In this document: piece by piece, positions 13,197-40,230 of the stretch | Numbering within the stretch: the first letter of the stretch is position 1 | Layout of the letters: the number at the start of each line of letters is the position of its first letter | Assembly (NCBI GenBank): GCA_012295275.1 | Contig: CM022675.1 | Span: 868,001 to 932,000 of the forward strand | Direction of reading: 5' to 3' | Source of the DNA: Chrysomallon squamiferum | Lineage: Eukaryota; Animalia; Mollusca | Length of the DNA: 64,000 bases | Notes under the pieces: generated by a model | What the model saw: only the letters and a program-made list of their open reading frames with translations | What the model was told of the DNA's origin: nothing | Databases searched by the model: none | Made by a program: the position numbers and the translations under genes

Positions 13197-13573
13197 TACA
13201 CATATATATAAAATGTAATTTACTAATTAGTGACATAAAATCATAAAGGAATTTAGTCACTGGTGAATGAAATTTTGTGATAAAATCTTGAGGGATAATT
13301 TTATTTAATCACCGTTTAATTACACTGAAATACTTAAATTTGTTGTTCTCTAGTCTCTGAACGTTAGAATATTTGTCAAATGTTCAGATTTATTTTTTTA
13401 TAACTAAAACATTACAAAATGCGTGTGGTGGCTGTGTCCTAATCATGGTTTCTACTGCATACACTGTAGGTATATAAAAAAAACAGTTTGAAAGAGCTTG
13501 TAAACCTCTTTAAAATGATAAAAATCAAGTGAATATGTTGAAAATTATAAGTAGCGAATTTTTGGGACTTCTA

Positions 13574-14784
13574 TATTACATCCGTTATAAATTTTGCCAT
13601 GAAATGCAGAATGGGCCATCTAAACTGTAAGACTGTTGGTCATTATAGTACAGCAACGATATATTTTTAATCGGGTTACATCTTGAAAAAGGAAAGAGCG
13701 GTCTTTGCATCCAGACGTATAAAATTTTTTGAAAAATTAAAATTTTAAATCCCAAATTTGAATGTAAAATTTGATTTCTTCCGTTTAATGACATAAAAAT
13801 TATTTTTACATGTGATTATCTAACATTACATGATCAGGAATAAGACTTTCTGCCAAATTGCACTAAATATGTTTGTTTATTTCATTGAAAAACTCACTTG
13901 TTTTGTAAAGCGATATCACGAAATAATAGCCATCGTCAAAAAGATGGAAAATTATTTATTTTTATGATCATAGAATGAATAAATTTAATTTTATTTCATT
14001 CATATCAGGTTTGTTTGAAATTTTATTTTATTATTAATATTGGTGTTGTTGTTGTTGTAATAAAAATACGAATTTTATTTATTTTATATATTACGAACAA
14101 AAATGCATTAATCCTGCTCCTCACCTCATCTAAAAATAGTGACAAACTGGACCCCCAAAACTTATAAACTAAAACAAAAAACCCGACCCACTAAAAAACG
14201 CCGCCATCTCACGAGGAAAAACGTAACTATCTGATGTGTTGCAGTATGAGAGGTAGAGTGATCGCCTTCAGGTGCCTTACTTTTCTCTTAACAGATAATA
14301 ATTATTTGTTACTAATCTAATCTTCTAACACGTTATTAATTTATTAAATGTGCAGACATCATGGAAATGGCCGCTTACTCTCGTCAACGTGTTAAAAACG
14401 TCTACTGGTCTAGCACAACCAACAGGAACATTTTAAAATTTTCATAAACTTTCTAATATTTTATTGCCTGTGGAAATAGTGTACAGTAATTTTTAAAAGC
14501 ACTTTCGTGCATTCAAGGTGCAGATAAAACACACATCAATGCGATATGGATTTTAATTGCTTTAGTTGTTTGGGCTGGTTTTTTTTTTTTTTTTTTTTTG
14601 GAAGAGAGGTTATATATGTTTTAAAACATTATGTTTTGCAAAAAGAATGTTCAGTATTGACTTTTTATTTTATTAATAAAAAATCAATACTGAACGTACA
14701 CACCGTGACCTACATTTTCTTTTTCTTCACTTTATCTCCAATATTATCACCACAATTAACTGTTTACTGACATATCACATCTCT

Positions 14785-14824
<40 letters not shown>

Positions 14825-14965
14825 ACAGGTGCATCCGCACGCAGATGTAACTCGCTGATATAATTATGCATGTGTGTGCGCGCGCGTCCAAAAAATAGGT
14901 AAACATCAGTCTTTGTTCCACACTCCTTATTTGAGTTGTGCGTGCGTGCTTATATGCTCGTAAAA

Positions 14966-15019
<54 letters not shown>

Positions 15020-16950
15020 AATTATCACGTTGAACTACAACAATAATATAAATAAATATTAGCACTTCACATAACTACAAATAAAACACGAGTAATGCAT
15101 TTTAATTTTACATTTTAAAAGGAATAACCACTAAAATAAGTTAAGAGTAAGGTTTTTGAATAAAAGAAGTTTCGAATAGCTGATAAATAAATAACTTTAA
15201 AATTCTGTTAAAGTAATTAGTGAGATGATATTTCATGACTTAATGATTATAACATTCACAATATTGGCTTTAATTGTTGAATGTAGCCTGTCAACTGCAC
15301 TTAAAGAATGTTAGACAGCTAAATTAAACAACTGCTAAACGTTTTAGATTATATCCTCGGAATGAATTATTGACTGACTCTACGGGGCGTGTTTCTTTTA
15401 TTATTATTAATTTTTTAAACTTAATATTGCTTGTGATTTATTGTTTCTTGTTATGGTTGGCCGCTAACATCATTAAAAAAACGGATGAGGTTATTGATCT
15501 TTGACCTATTTTCTTTATTGACATCAAATACGCAAACTATTTAGCTGATGTATTTCACTGAACTGTAGTTAATCGGCCTACAAATTGAAATTAACTCTGT
15601 AGGAAGAGAAAAAAAAAAAAAAAAAAAAAAAAAGTCATGTTTGTTTTAGTTTAGTTTTCTAATTAGAGATTCTCCATACCTAAACACAGCAGGAGCATAC
15701 TAAACATTTGTTACAAAATTGTCACGTGATTTCCACTGGGCGTTGTAACGGTAGCTGTTGAGTTAAATTTAATTTGCGTTATCCATGCCTGTATTACAAA
15801 AGGCGAATATTTAGTGTGTTGTTGACAATAGTACTCGGCTAGCTTGTTATCATTTATAAATGACCATTGTCGCAAACTTTACTTCGAATTACTTTACGAT
15901 ACTGAAAAAAACTATTGGTAAGTAAACGAATTCAGTTTATTCGATTTAAGGAATGATGGAAGAAATGTTGCCTTTTAATTACGCACTCTGTATTGTATTA
16001 TCTACAGTCAGTTCGCATAATTCAGTTAGCATTCAGATACCTACCATTTAGCCTTTAGAAACTAGAACATAAACAAAATGTTTTGCAATATACATTTTGT
16101 CAGATACATAATCAAATAAAACATAAATAACAACAACAACAACAATAATAATAATAATAAACTCGTTAATTTAAGGCGGTCTCATTGACCTGATAGCTGT
16201 AAACAATGTCTTTGTTTGATTCATGCATTCATTCAGTCAGCCCATCTCCTTCCCATGTCGCTCGCTCGCTCTCACGCGCGCACTTACACGCACCACCGTA
16301 CGCAAACACATACATACAGACATACAAACACGTAACTATACTTGCAGGAAACTCACCATTATTTGTAAGACCTGTTTGACTGAATGAAATGATGTAAATT
16401 AATTAATCACAAATATTCCGATAAATTTAATTAATTTTCGTTCACTTATTTATTTATTTATTTATTGTTTGTCTATTTGTTTATTCATTAATTTTATAGA
16501 AAATATCTTGTAAATGGCATCTTCTCAGTGTTGCGATTTTGCTGCCTATATATTCAATAAATAAATAAATAAATGTTTACAAAGCCAAGTCATTTTTTTG
16601 TTTGTTTGTTACTGATAGAAGATTTGTTTATTTTTTAGAAAGTTTTGTAATGATTAGAATCTTCCAGAATTTCATTTCTATAGCTTAAAGCAGATTTAGT
16701 TTCCAAATATCTTTTAGAAGGCAAATCAAATTTATTCTTAAAATTATTTATTTTTAAAATTATTTATTCTTTGAACAAATGATTTATGAATAGATATTCC
16801 ATCTCTGTTTTGTTTGTTTTTTTGTTCTTTTTACATGACATATAAATATAAGTATATCGATTATTGCTTAGATGTTAAAATAAAAACTTATTTCTTCTTA
16901 AATGAAAATGTTAATATTAACGAGAATTCAATCGACACTCTTTTCAACAA
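13574..16950 (+). repeat. Segmental duplication, copy 2 (native upstream region of TFCP2)
   Basis: Colinear with 1733-5258; similarity ends ~35 bp before the acceptor (16986) of the ATG-bearing TFCP2 exon. Confidence 0.95.
15715..15923 (+). promoter_or_regulatory. Probable TFCP2 promoter / non-coding leader exon ending at a consensus donor
   Basis: E-box GTCACGTGAT at 15721; donor TTG|gtaagt at 15918. The ATG-bearing exon is preceded by an acceptor (ttacag, 16981-16986), implying an upstream leader exon. Same elements recur at 3915 and 4214 in copy 1. Confidence 0.45.
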
Positions 16951-17062
16951 ACAAGACCAACGTTTAGAAAATATTACCATTTACAGCGCCATATACACTT
17001 ACTAACCTGCTTGGTGGTTGTTTCAGCAAAGAATATTTTGGGGGTCGTGTGTGACCACGACA

Positions 17063-31037
<13,975 letters not shown>

Positions 31038-31211
31038 AAAAAAACAAACAACAAAACAAATGTTACAGACTAATTGTAGGTGAAGTAATGTGGGTGTTTT
31101 AAAAAGAAGAAGAAGAAAAAAAATAAAAATGAAAAATGCAATACAAGAAACAAAACCACTGAAATGACCCCAAAAATGAAGTGTGGATTGAGATATTTAC
31201 TTATCACACAA

Positions 31212-31505
31212 AGAGTGAAGTTTTGCAATAAGAATTAAATGAAGTTTGGCAGTAAGAATTGAGTGAAGTTTTGCAGTAAGAATTTAATGAAGTTTTGCAC
31301 TGAGATAAATGAAGTTGTTGCAGCAAGAAGTAACTGAAGTTTAGAAAGAGATCAAGTGAAGTTTTTGCAACAAGAAAAATAGAAATTTAGCAACAAGAAT
31401 TTTGCAACAAAAATTTTTGAAAGTTTTGCATGGATAAATTAAATGAAGTTTCAAACAGGAGTTTACTGAAGTTTGGCAGTAGAAAAAAAACAGAAATTTA
31501 GCAAC
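31212..31505 (+). repeat. Degenerate ~22-24-bp repeat (TGAAGTTTTGCA.TAAGAATT) in the probable TFCP2 3' UTR
   Basis: Repeated GAAGTTT/GCAACAA units starting ~175 bp after the stop codon. Confidence 0.7.
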
Positions 31506-33182
31506 AAATTAAACAGACATTTTACATCAAGAATTAAGACAAAGTTGTTTTTTTTTATGGAAGATTAAAATTACAACAAAGGTTACACATCAGTGACAAT
31601 GGTGTTTGCCGTTTTAAAACTATTTTTTTATTTAGCATCTGGTCGTTAGAATTTTAACACAGTTTGAAGTCATCATGTTTTTTAGCTGATCTGTTTCTGA
31701 ATGTAGCTGTTAAAGTTTGAAGCGAATTTTAATTTTAAATTTTCTTTTTTTAACTGTTTCTGGCAGCTCTTTTTTCTTTTATTTTTATTTTTATTTTTTT
31801 TTGTCTTTTTTTTTTCATGTTACATGTACAGATTATAAATTTGTTGAAATTTATTTATTTTTCATCTTTTTAAGTGATAGAAATTTGAATTTCCAGTCAT
31901 AAAAATAATGATAAATTAATAATTTGACATATTTAAGGAATCTTTAACTTACTTATTTAATTTTAGAATGTGGATGTCATAGTTTTGCTGTGATTAACAT
32001 AATCTGAAAATTTAAAACTGCTCTTGTTCTTAAAAAATTCTTAATTAGAATTAAACAATTGTAAATTAATTGTAAAATATTAAATATTTTAATTCTAAGA
32101 GACGTTTTAATTTTCTTTGTATATGGCAGTTATGGTTTCCTTACGGTGATTATCATATTAAGAATGATTATTTTTTTTTTCTTTATTTTTCTATTTCGAT
32201 TTATCATTATGCATATGAATAAAAATAAAAATAAATTTTATTAACTGAAGATGATTGTGGATAGATTTCAGTTACTGAAAATCATTACAGCTGGGAATAA
32301 AACATACTTTATGATTTTATGTTTTAGCTAACTGTGACAACTGAAGTAAAAAAAAAACTGCATTTTGTTTTACAGGGATCTTTGATAATACTGTTGTGCT
32401 TTTATTTCTAAAATGAATTTATATGTTCATTAAAAAATCAAACCCTAATAAACTGAGAATATAAATAGTTTAGTAGTAGGTTTGTCTGCTTACAGAGACT
32501 GTTTTTGTTTTAGGTAGTTACATATCAAACATTCAGTCATCACCAATTTTATGGAAACGTGAAAATAGTTCTGCCTTTTTAAAGTTTCTGAACTGAAATG
32601 TGAAATGGTTTTGTTGTTTAAATCTGATATTTATATTCCTCTGAAGACTCAGCTTATTTCTAATTTGTTGATCTGTGTGGTTTCAATGCAGTCTAAGAAA
32701 TAAACCTGTACTGCTGGCATTGTTTAAAAATATCCCTTCATTTATTTATTTTTATAATTTAATAAATAAAATGGTTATTATGTCAAAGACAAAGGAACTG
32801 CAGAAAGCAAGTTTAGTTTTGTTTTACTCATTGGGTTGGTCAGTTCAAATCCCATCAAGGATTATTTATCTTGTTGTTTTTTTAATCATGAAAATTGTTT
32901 TATTTTTTTTATTTTTATTTTTTATTTTATTTTAAATCAATCATCCCCTTCATGTCGTTATAAATAAAATAAATTTATTTATTTTATGATGATAAATTAT
33001 TTTGTATCGTGGCAAAACATTGTATAAAAAGCTTCAAGATATATTTATAGTAGCATATATACTGGTAAATAAGATTAGTTCTGTGTGTTTTAAAGTATTT
33101 GTTGAAATATTTTTAATAACAGGTTCTTGTATGGTTAACATTAAACAGAATTGATTTTCATTATATTTCTGTCTCATGTTAT

Positions 33183-33242
<60 letters not shown>

Positions 33243-35434
33243 CACATATATATGCGACTTTAAATGGCTTATAATTAAAATAACTATGATAACTGAGCTA
33301 CATGGAATAGTCTTTAAAATAAATAAATTAGTTTTACTTTTGTTTATTCATACATATTCATGTGTAAATTATCTTTGTGTAAGCATGCGAGTTTTAAATG
33401 AATGGATGTTATATGACTGTACTACTTTTTAATCAGATATATATTTTTCTTAATAATCTGAACTTACTGGAGATAAGAAATACATATATACTCAAAGCCA
33501 ATATAAAAATATATATATATATATATATGAATCACTTGTCATTTAAATATAAATAAACATTGATGAATGTTGTAACATATATCTATGTATGTAGCTAATA
33601 TTACTCAAAGTAATTCATGTAGACTAGTATAATTATTTTACTCAAGTTTAATGTAAAGTGTAAATGACCAAATCTTTGCCACTGTTTAATCATATTTAAT
33701 TTTTAATGTACATGAATATCCAAGAATAAAATTCACATATTATATAACTAATGTGGTTAATTTAAAAAAAAAATTAAATTAAAAAAAGCACAAGTATAGA
33801 ATTAAGATTTAAGATTTATAGTTTTGCAGATTGTCACATACACTTCTTCATAAAAAATATAATTATTATTGGTCTCAGACCTTACTTTATTTTTACTGCA
33901 ATAGTATATGATAACAGTGAATGTTTATGTGGATTTGTTGATAAATTGAAATGAAAATTATTTTACTTTAAAAAAGTTTTTGCAATGTAAAGATTTATAT
34001 AAAAAGAAACATTTTCTTGTAACATCAATAATTAAATACTGCTGTGTATCTATTGTTTTTCATCTTCCATGCTTATTCAGTGTTGTAATTGTGCAAGTTC
34101 ATTCTGCCTTTTCTCTCTCTCTCTCTCATTATCTTTCTATTTATCTATCTCTCATTCACTATATAGTTAAGAAGCTAGTTAAAATAAAAAATAATAATAA
34201 TAGTGTTTATAAATGTACAACAGTTTGTTTTTTCACTCTTTTCTGTAGAGTTCTAGATAGATAAACTATTGACTAATAGTTCAGGAGAAAAGATATTTGT
34301 TTTTACTGAAACATTGTGCAGATTAATTAGGAAATTTTGCATTGTGAATGTAACAACTCATTTTAGAATTACTTTTAATACTATTAAAACTATTACCATT
34401 ACTATTGCTACTACTTGTGTTGCTATTGCTACTGTTACTAGTACTACCACCAAAGTTGTTGTTATTATTTTATTACTACTATTACTGCTGTTAATAATAC
34501 TATTGCTACTACTACTACTGTTATTACTACAACTATTACTACTACTACTACTGTTATTATTTCTTCATTATTAGGGGTTTATTTACTAGCAATTGTTAAC
34601 CACAGATATAAATTATTTATTTAAATCCATGAAATGATCTTAGAGCACAAAGGTTTGTTCGCACATTGCATTTACTTTGATTACCAGTGTTTCGTTTAAA
34701 ATTGAGATTTCTTCGACACACAAATAACCAGTAATCTGTTGATAACTGTTGAGACAGATGTACATAGGTTGTATATAACGTGTGATATTTCTTGTATTTC
34801 ATAGCCAGAAAGTTTAACACAGCTCTCTTGCTTTGTAAAAGCTTTTTTTTTTTTTTTATAATTAATTTTATTAGAAAAATGCTTAATTTTTATTTGCATA
34901 TTTTATTTTAAATTTTTTTTTAAATTTTTTTTTTTTTTTTTTTTACTTATCTGTCGGGTGAAACACTCTTGTTTATCAGAGAAATGACCACGACAAGCAT
35001 ACTCTAACATTTCTTTAAACAAAACAGGCAACGGTTATTCACCGCCATCTCTAATATGTGTCTGAAGTGTTAGTTTTGTTAATATTAGTGACAGTTTTGG
35101 TTATTTTATTATCATTATTTTATTTTGTAACACACACACACGCATGTGTATGTGTGTGGGGATATATATATTTATAAAAAAATATATCATGTATTATTTT
35201 CCTTTTTATTGATTGTTCTATAATCATACTATAAAAAAACTAATAGTCTTGGGTTCTTATATATTTTTTTTTAAGATTAATAATGTATAATAAATTAAAA
35301 AAATTATATCAAAAAATAATAATAAAAAAGTAATAATAAAACATATTCTCAAGTAACACTTAATAAAATATTTTTTGTCATTAGACAGGTTAATTTTATT
35401 GCACTGGTTATGTAAATGTAATTAGAGAGTTGTA

Positions 35435-35475
<41 letters not shown>

Positions 35476-35709
35476 GTTTACTATTCATGATTGAGAAAAT
35501 ATGATTAACAGTGTTTTGTATATTTAATATTTTAAAAGAATTTGTAATATTTTTGTTATGAATTGTGAACAAACTGCTAAAAAAGGATTGCATCCAAACA
35601 CATTCATGTACAAAATAATTAAATCAGGTTTTAGTACAATTTTACATTTTAATTTTTTATAATAAATCATGCAGTAACATGTAAAATAATAATAATAAAA
35701 TATTATAAC

Positions 35710-35745
<36 letters not shown>

Positions 35746-37280
35746 TGTAATTAAAATTAATATTAATTTTTTTTTTTTCTAAATTATGTATTAAATTTAA
35801 TGGAGGAATCAATTTTCTAGTCTTAAATTTTATTATTATTATTATTACGTTTTTAAAAAATCAGTGTGCCATGGTTTCATGATAATGGTTTATAATTCTT
35901 GGATTCAGTTATCAGCTGCCATGTCCAGAAAAGTGTACATGAACCATAGCTTGATTTCAAAGAAAGAAGAAACTGAATGTTTAAAAAAAAAGATAATTTA
36001 AATAGCCTGAGAAGATGAAAATAATGAAAAGAAAATCTAACTTTGTTTGGATTTGATCCCATGTACTGCCATTTCTGAAAACAAAAGCAAGTCATAGTAA
36101 CAGATGAGTGGCAATGATAGTAAACAATTTTAAAATTTTAAAATTTCATCATGTTGTGAAATTTTGTAAATAACTGACACCTTTTGTTTTTTTGTTTCAT
36201 ACAAATATTATGTTGTTGTTGTTGATGTTGTTGTTGTTACAGTATACGTCAGGTTTCTCTTTGAAGACATTATGATCATAATCTGCATATATATATATAA
36301 AATGTATATGAACTATTTGAACTAAAGACATTTTAAGTCTGATGTTTTTAGTCACTGGTAGAGGAATATAGACCATTTTTCTATGATCTCGTAATGTTCT
36401 GTTCATTAAAATATAAACATCATGCCTCAAACATTTTGTTAATTTTACTTTCATTTACAGTTTTAGAAAAGTTTAAAAATGTATAACAAAAAAAAAAAGA
36501 TGAAATATTTGCTTAGAGATCTGTAATGAATATAAGTGGAAAAACTTGGCATTCTTTAAAAACAAAAACAAAATTAAAAAAATTTGGTTATTTTATTTTA
36601 GAAGTTTTTTTTTTTAATTTGAACTTACTTGTTTGAACGAGTTTATTATGGTTTTAAGTATTGCATTTATTTTGTTTTATTTTTTTGTTTTTATTTACTT
36701 TTTTAGATGCAATGAATAATTAATTTAGAATTGATAAATGTATATAGTGATAAAGAAAATTGTGTTTTTGAAATTTTTATATAATGAAGATGAAAATTCA
36801 TTTTAAATCTAGAAGTATAGGTTTAGTAATATAACAAAATTTACTAAAATCTTTGAAATGTGGATTAAGTGAAAAAATAACTTTAAATAAATAAATAAGC
36901 AAACTGACATGAAAATCGGGGAATATTTATGAAAAATAGAGTAATTAAAAAAAAAAGATAAAAAAAAAGAGAAAAGATTAACATTAATAATAATTATGGA
37001 TTGTTTTAAGATAGTAAAAATAAATACAAGTCATTTGAAATAATTGGTTAAATAATGTGATATAGAAGTTCCAAAACACTTGTAAACTACTGTGAAATTA
37101 TGAAAATACAATGAAATGTCTGAAAGGTTTATGAAAGATTTTTTATTTAAATGTTGGGAAGTGAAAAATTTAAAATAACCTCATTGTTATCACCTTTCAC
37201 ACTTTGTCATGTTTTGTAAAGTTTTTGTAAATATTATCTTTAAACCACTGTCATGAGTGGTTTTAAATAAAATCTCTTTT

Positions 37281-37690
37281 TACATACATCTTCTTGTTTG
37301 TCTTTTTTACATATACATTTACATACATCTTCTTGTTTGTCTTTTTTATATATACATTTACATACATCTTCTTGTTTGTCTTTTTTACATATACATTTAT
37401 ACATCTTCTTGTTTTGTTTTTTTACATATACATGTATATACATCTTCTTGTTTGTCATTTTTTTTCTTTTTTTTTAATTATTTACATACATCTTGTTTGT
37501 CTTGTTTTATATATTTATATACATATGTGTTTTTTTTATGTACATACACATTTACATATATCTTCGTGTTTGTCTTTTACATATTTAGTTATTTTCTTTT
37601 TATATATATTTACACACAATTTCTTGTCTTTTTTAGATAAATCTTCATGTCTGTATTTCATACATATACATTTACATAGATCTTTTTCTT
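37281..37690. repeat. 39-bp minisatellite decaying to the right
   Basis: TACATACATCTTCTTGTTTGTCTTTTTT at 37281, 37320 and 37359, then degenerate copies. Confidence 0.9.
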
Positions 37691-40230
37691 TTTTATATCC
37701 ATTCTTTATTGTTCTACATCACATCCTGGTTACGAGACTAACAGTTTAATGGAGACCGACACTGATTCAGAATTATTGTGCTTCACTTTCTGGGAGACCC
37801 TCAGCAGCAAAATTACTAGTTATAGAAAAGAAGAAGACACTTGGTTAATTTTTTTTTTAAAAGGTAAAACTAATTTTATAATCTGAGCATATTTTAAAAA
37901 ATGAAGTCTTGGGGCCCAGGGCAATTGCTCTTTTACAAATCTGCTGAGGACATCAGACTGTTTAAGTGAACAAAAACTACCACAGGCTGCTGTTGTGACT
38001 TCTTTATACTTACTCGTGTTAAAAGAAGAAATGTGACTTTAGCCTATTTGCAGCATGCAATCCTTTACTTGCTTTGTTCCACATGTTAAAAGACAATTAA
38101 TACATAATTTTAAATTTAGTTACATAATACATATAATTCAAGCAGCAGGTACTTTTTCAGTTAGCAGCAAAGTATATCCAGTATACACCCTCCCATTAAC
38201 AGTTGACAGTTTAATGCATCTATTTTAAGACAGATTAAACTGGAAGAGATCCGTTCACAGGAACTGAACCAGAGATCTACCATTCATCAGTCTGTATTTT
38301 AACCACAGTGACTGATGTATTTGGGTACATGGTTCTTAACATGTCATTGCTACTAGTTAACATTCTCTTAACAAGATTTCTCATTTCTCATGGAACAGTT
38401 GTAAACTTTGGGCAACTTGTAAACTGGAGGATGAATACACATTAAAAATAATTTTACTGATTTATAATTGTCTGTAAAAACATTTTCCCTGATCCAGCCA
38501 TGGTTTTTTGACTGTTTATTCAAGCGATGGTCTGCAATTTCTTGTTAAAACAAAGAAGTGTATACAAAGATTCATATTTTTTTATTTCATTCAATTTCTC
38601 TTGAATGAAAATCTATCAGTTAAGTAATTGTCTAATATTAATATATTTATGTGTAAATTTTGGTATAAAATTCCTTGATAGTCAGTTCTCCATGAGTTGT
38701 TTATCAAATCTACAGTGTACACCTTACTGGTCTATCTGAGGCATGGTTAGAATGTAACCCAGTTATAGGCAGAGAAAAGTATATCTGTTAACAGCTGTTT
38801 TTTCTCATTATTTATCACCTTTATCAAACAAATAATACCATTTGATCAAGATTAAGACTTGTCATTAAATAAAATATTTATTCCTTTCTGAACATAGATG
38901 ATAATTAAAATAAAACTTATTTTAAAGTCAACAATTATAATTATTTAATCAGATTTACCTTCAATTATTTCCTATTTTGGTTTTGAAAAAATTAAAAATA
39001 ATAATAATAAAATAAAATAAATAAATAAAATAAAATTATTTAAGCATGATACTCAAAATTAATTAAATATTAATACTGTAACAATGAATGTCTAATTCGT
39101 GTAATCATTTAATTTAAATAATAACAGAACAAAACAGAAGAATAAATATTTTTATTCAGTGGAATGCATTCACTCTGGGCAAAGGTATAAATAACAAAAA
39201 TGAGTCAAACATGATTATTCCAAATTATGATATTTTCAGATCTTTTTTGTTGTTTCATATTCCTTTCCTTTTCTCTCTGTAAATCACTTTTACAATTTTT
39301 AAGGCATGGTTTGTAGTAAAATATATATGTAATTAGGCCTACTGAAAATACAGTAGTAACAAACACTAGGACAGATTAGCAGTATAATTCAAAATTCCAG
39401 AAATACATTTGTTAATTTTTAGGTGCAGAAAATGAGTTCAAAATCTCATTTTATTCATTAAACAAAAATATTGTTTCTGGTGTTTTATTCTAACACATTA
39501 TTATTATTATTATTTTTTTTTTTTGATATGTCTCTTATTTTATTTCATTGGCATTATTTTAGTTTATTTTCAGTTATTTTGGTTTATTTTTAAATTTCTT
39601 TTTTTTTTTTTTTTTTTACAAAGATGCCATTTAACTAAATATTCTGAAGATTGGAGTATAAACCATACAGTTATTTATCGTGTAACAGCACAGCACATTT
39701 TCTTTTGGCTTTGCTGGCTGTGAAAAATCAAGTAACTGCAGGAAATTAATATCATTAATGATATATAAACATTTGTTTGTTATTTGCTTTACATTATATT
39801 TTATTTCATTTAAAAATATGCCTTTTGTATGAATTCATAAATAAATTTATTTTCATGTGGAAACATTATAAATCACAGGATCAGTTCTAGATCCTTTCAG
39901 TTATTTACCAATCCAACCAAGACGCCTGTCTGGGTTTAATAAATGAATATCTTGTGTGTTTTCATGTCTAATAAGGTAATTAAAGGAGTCTTTGCTGGTC
40001 ATATCTGATAAAACAACCCACTGTGTGTCTGGCAACAAGAATCTTTTCTCATCACAAGCCCATAACTTAACAACCATTAATACAAAAATATATTTCATGT
40101 GTCAAATACTCATTCATTCATTCATCAGCTTGTCATCAGTCTATAAAATCCATCAATATTAAATTTGATTGGAGTGTCGTTTAAAAACAATATAAAAATA
40201 TATTTTTAAAGACTAGAAAGTTCACATACA

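Noticed and set aside
37759-37853. Short ATG-initiated frame METDTDSELLCFTFWE... ending near a possible donor
   Set aside because: No recognisable motif or partner exon; lies beside a minisatellite between two convergent gene ends.
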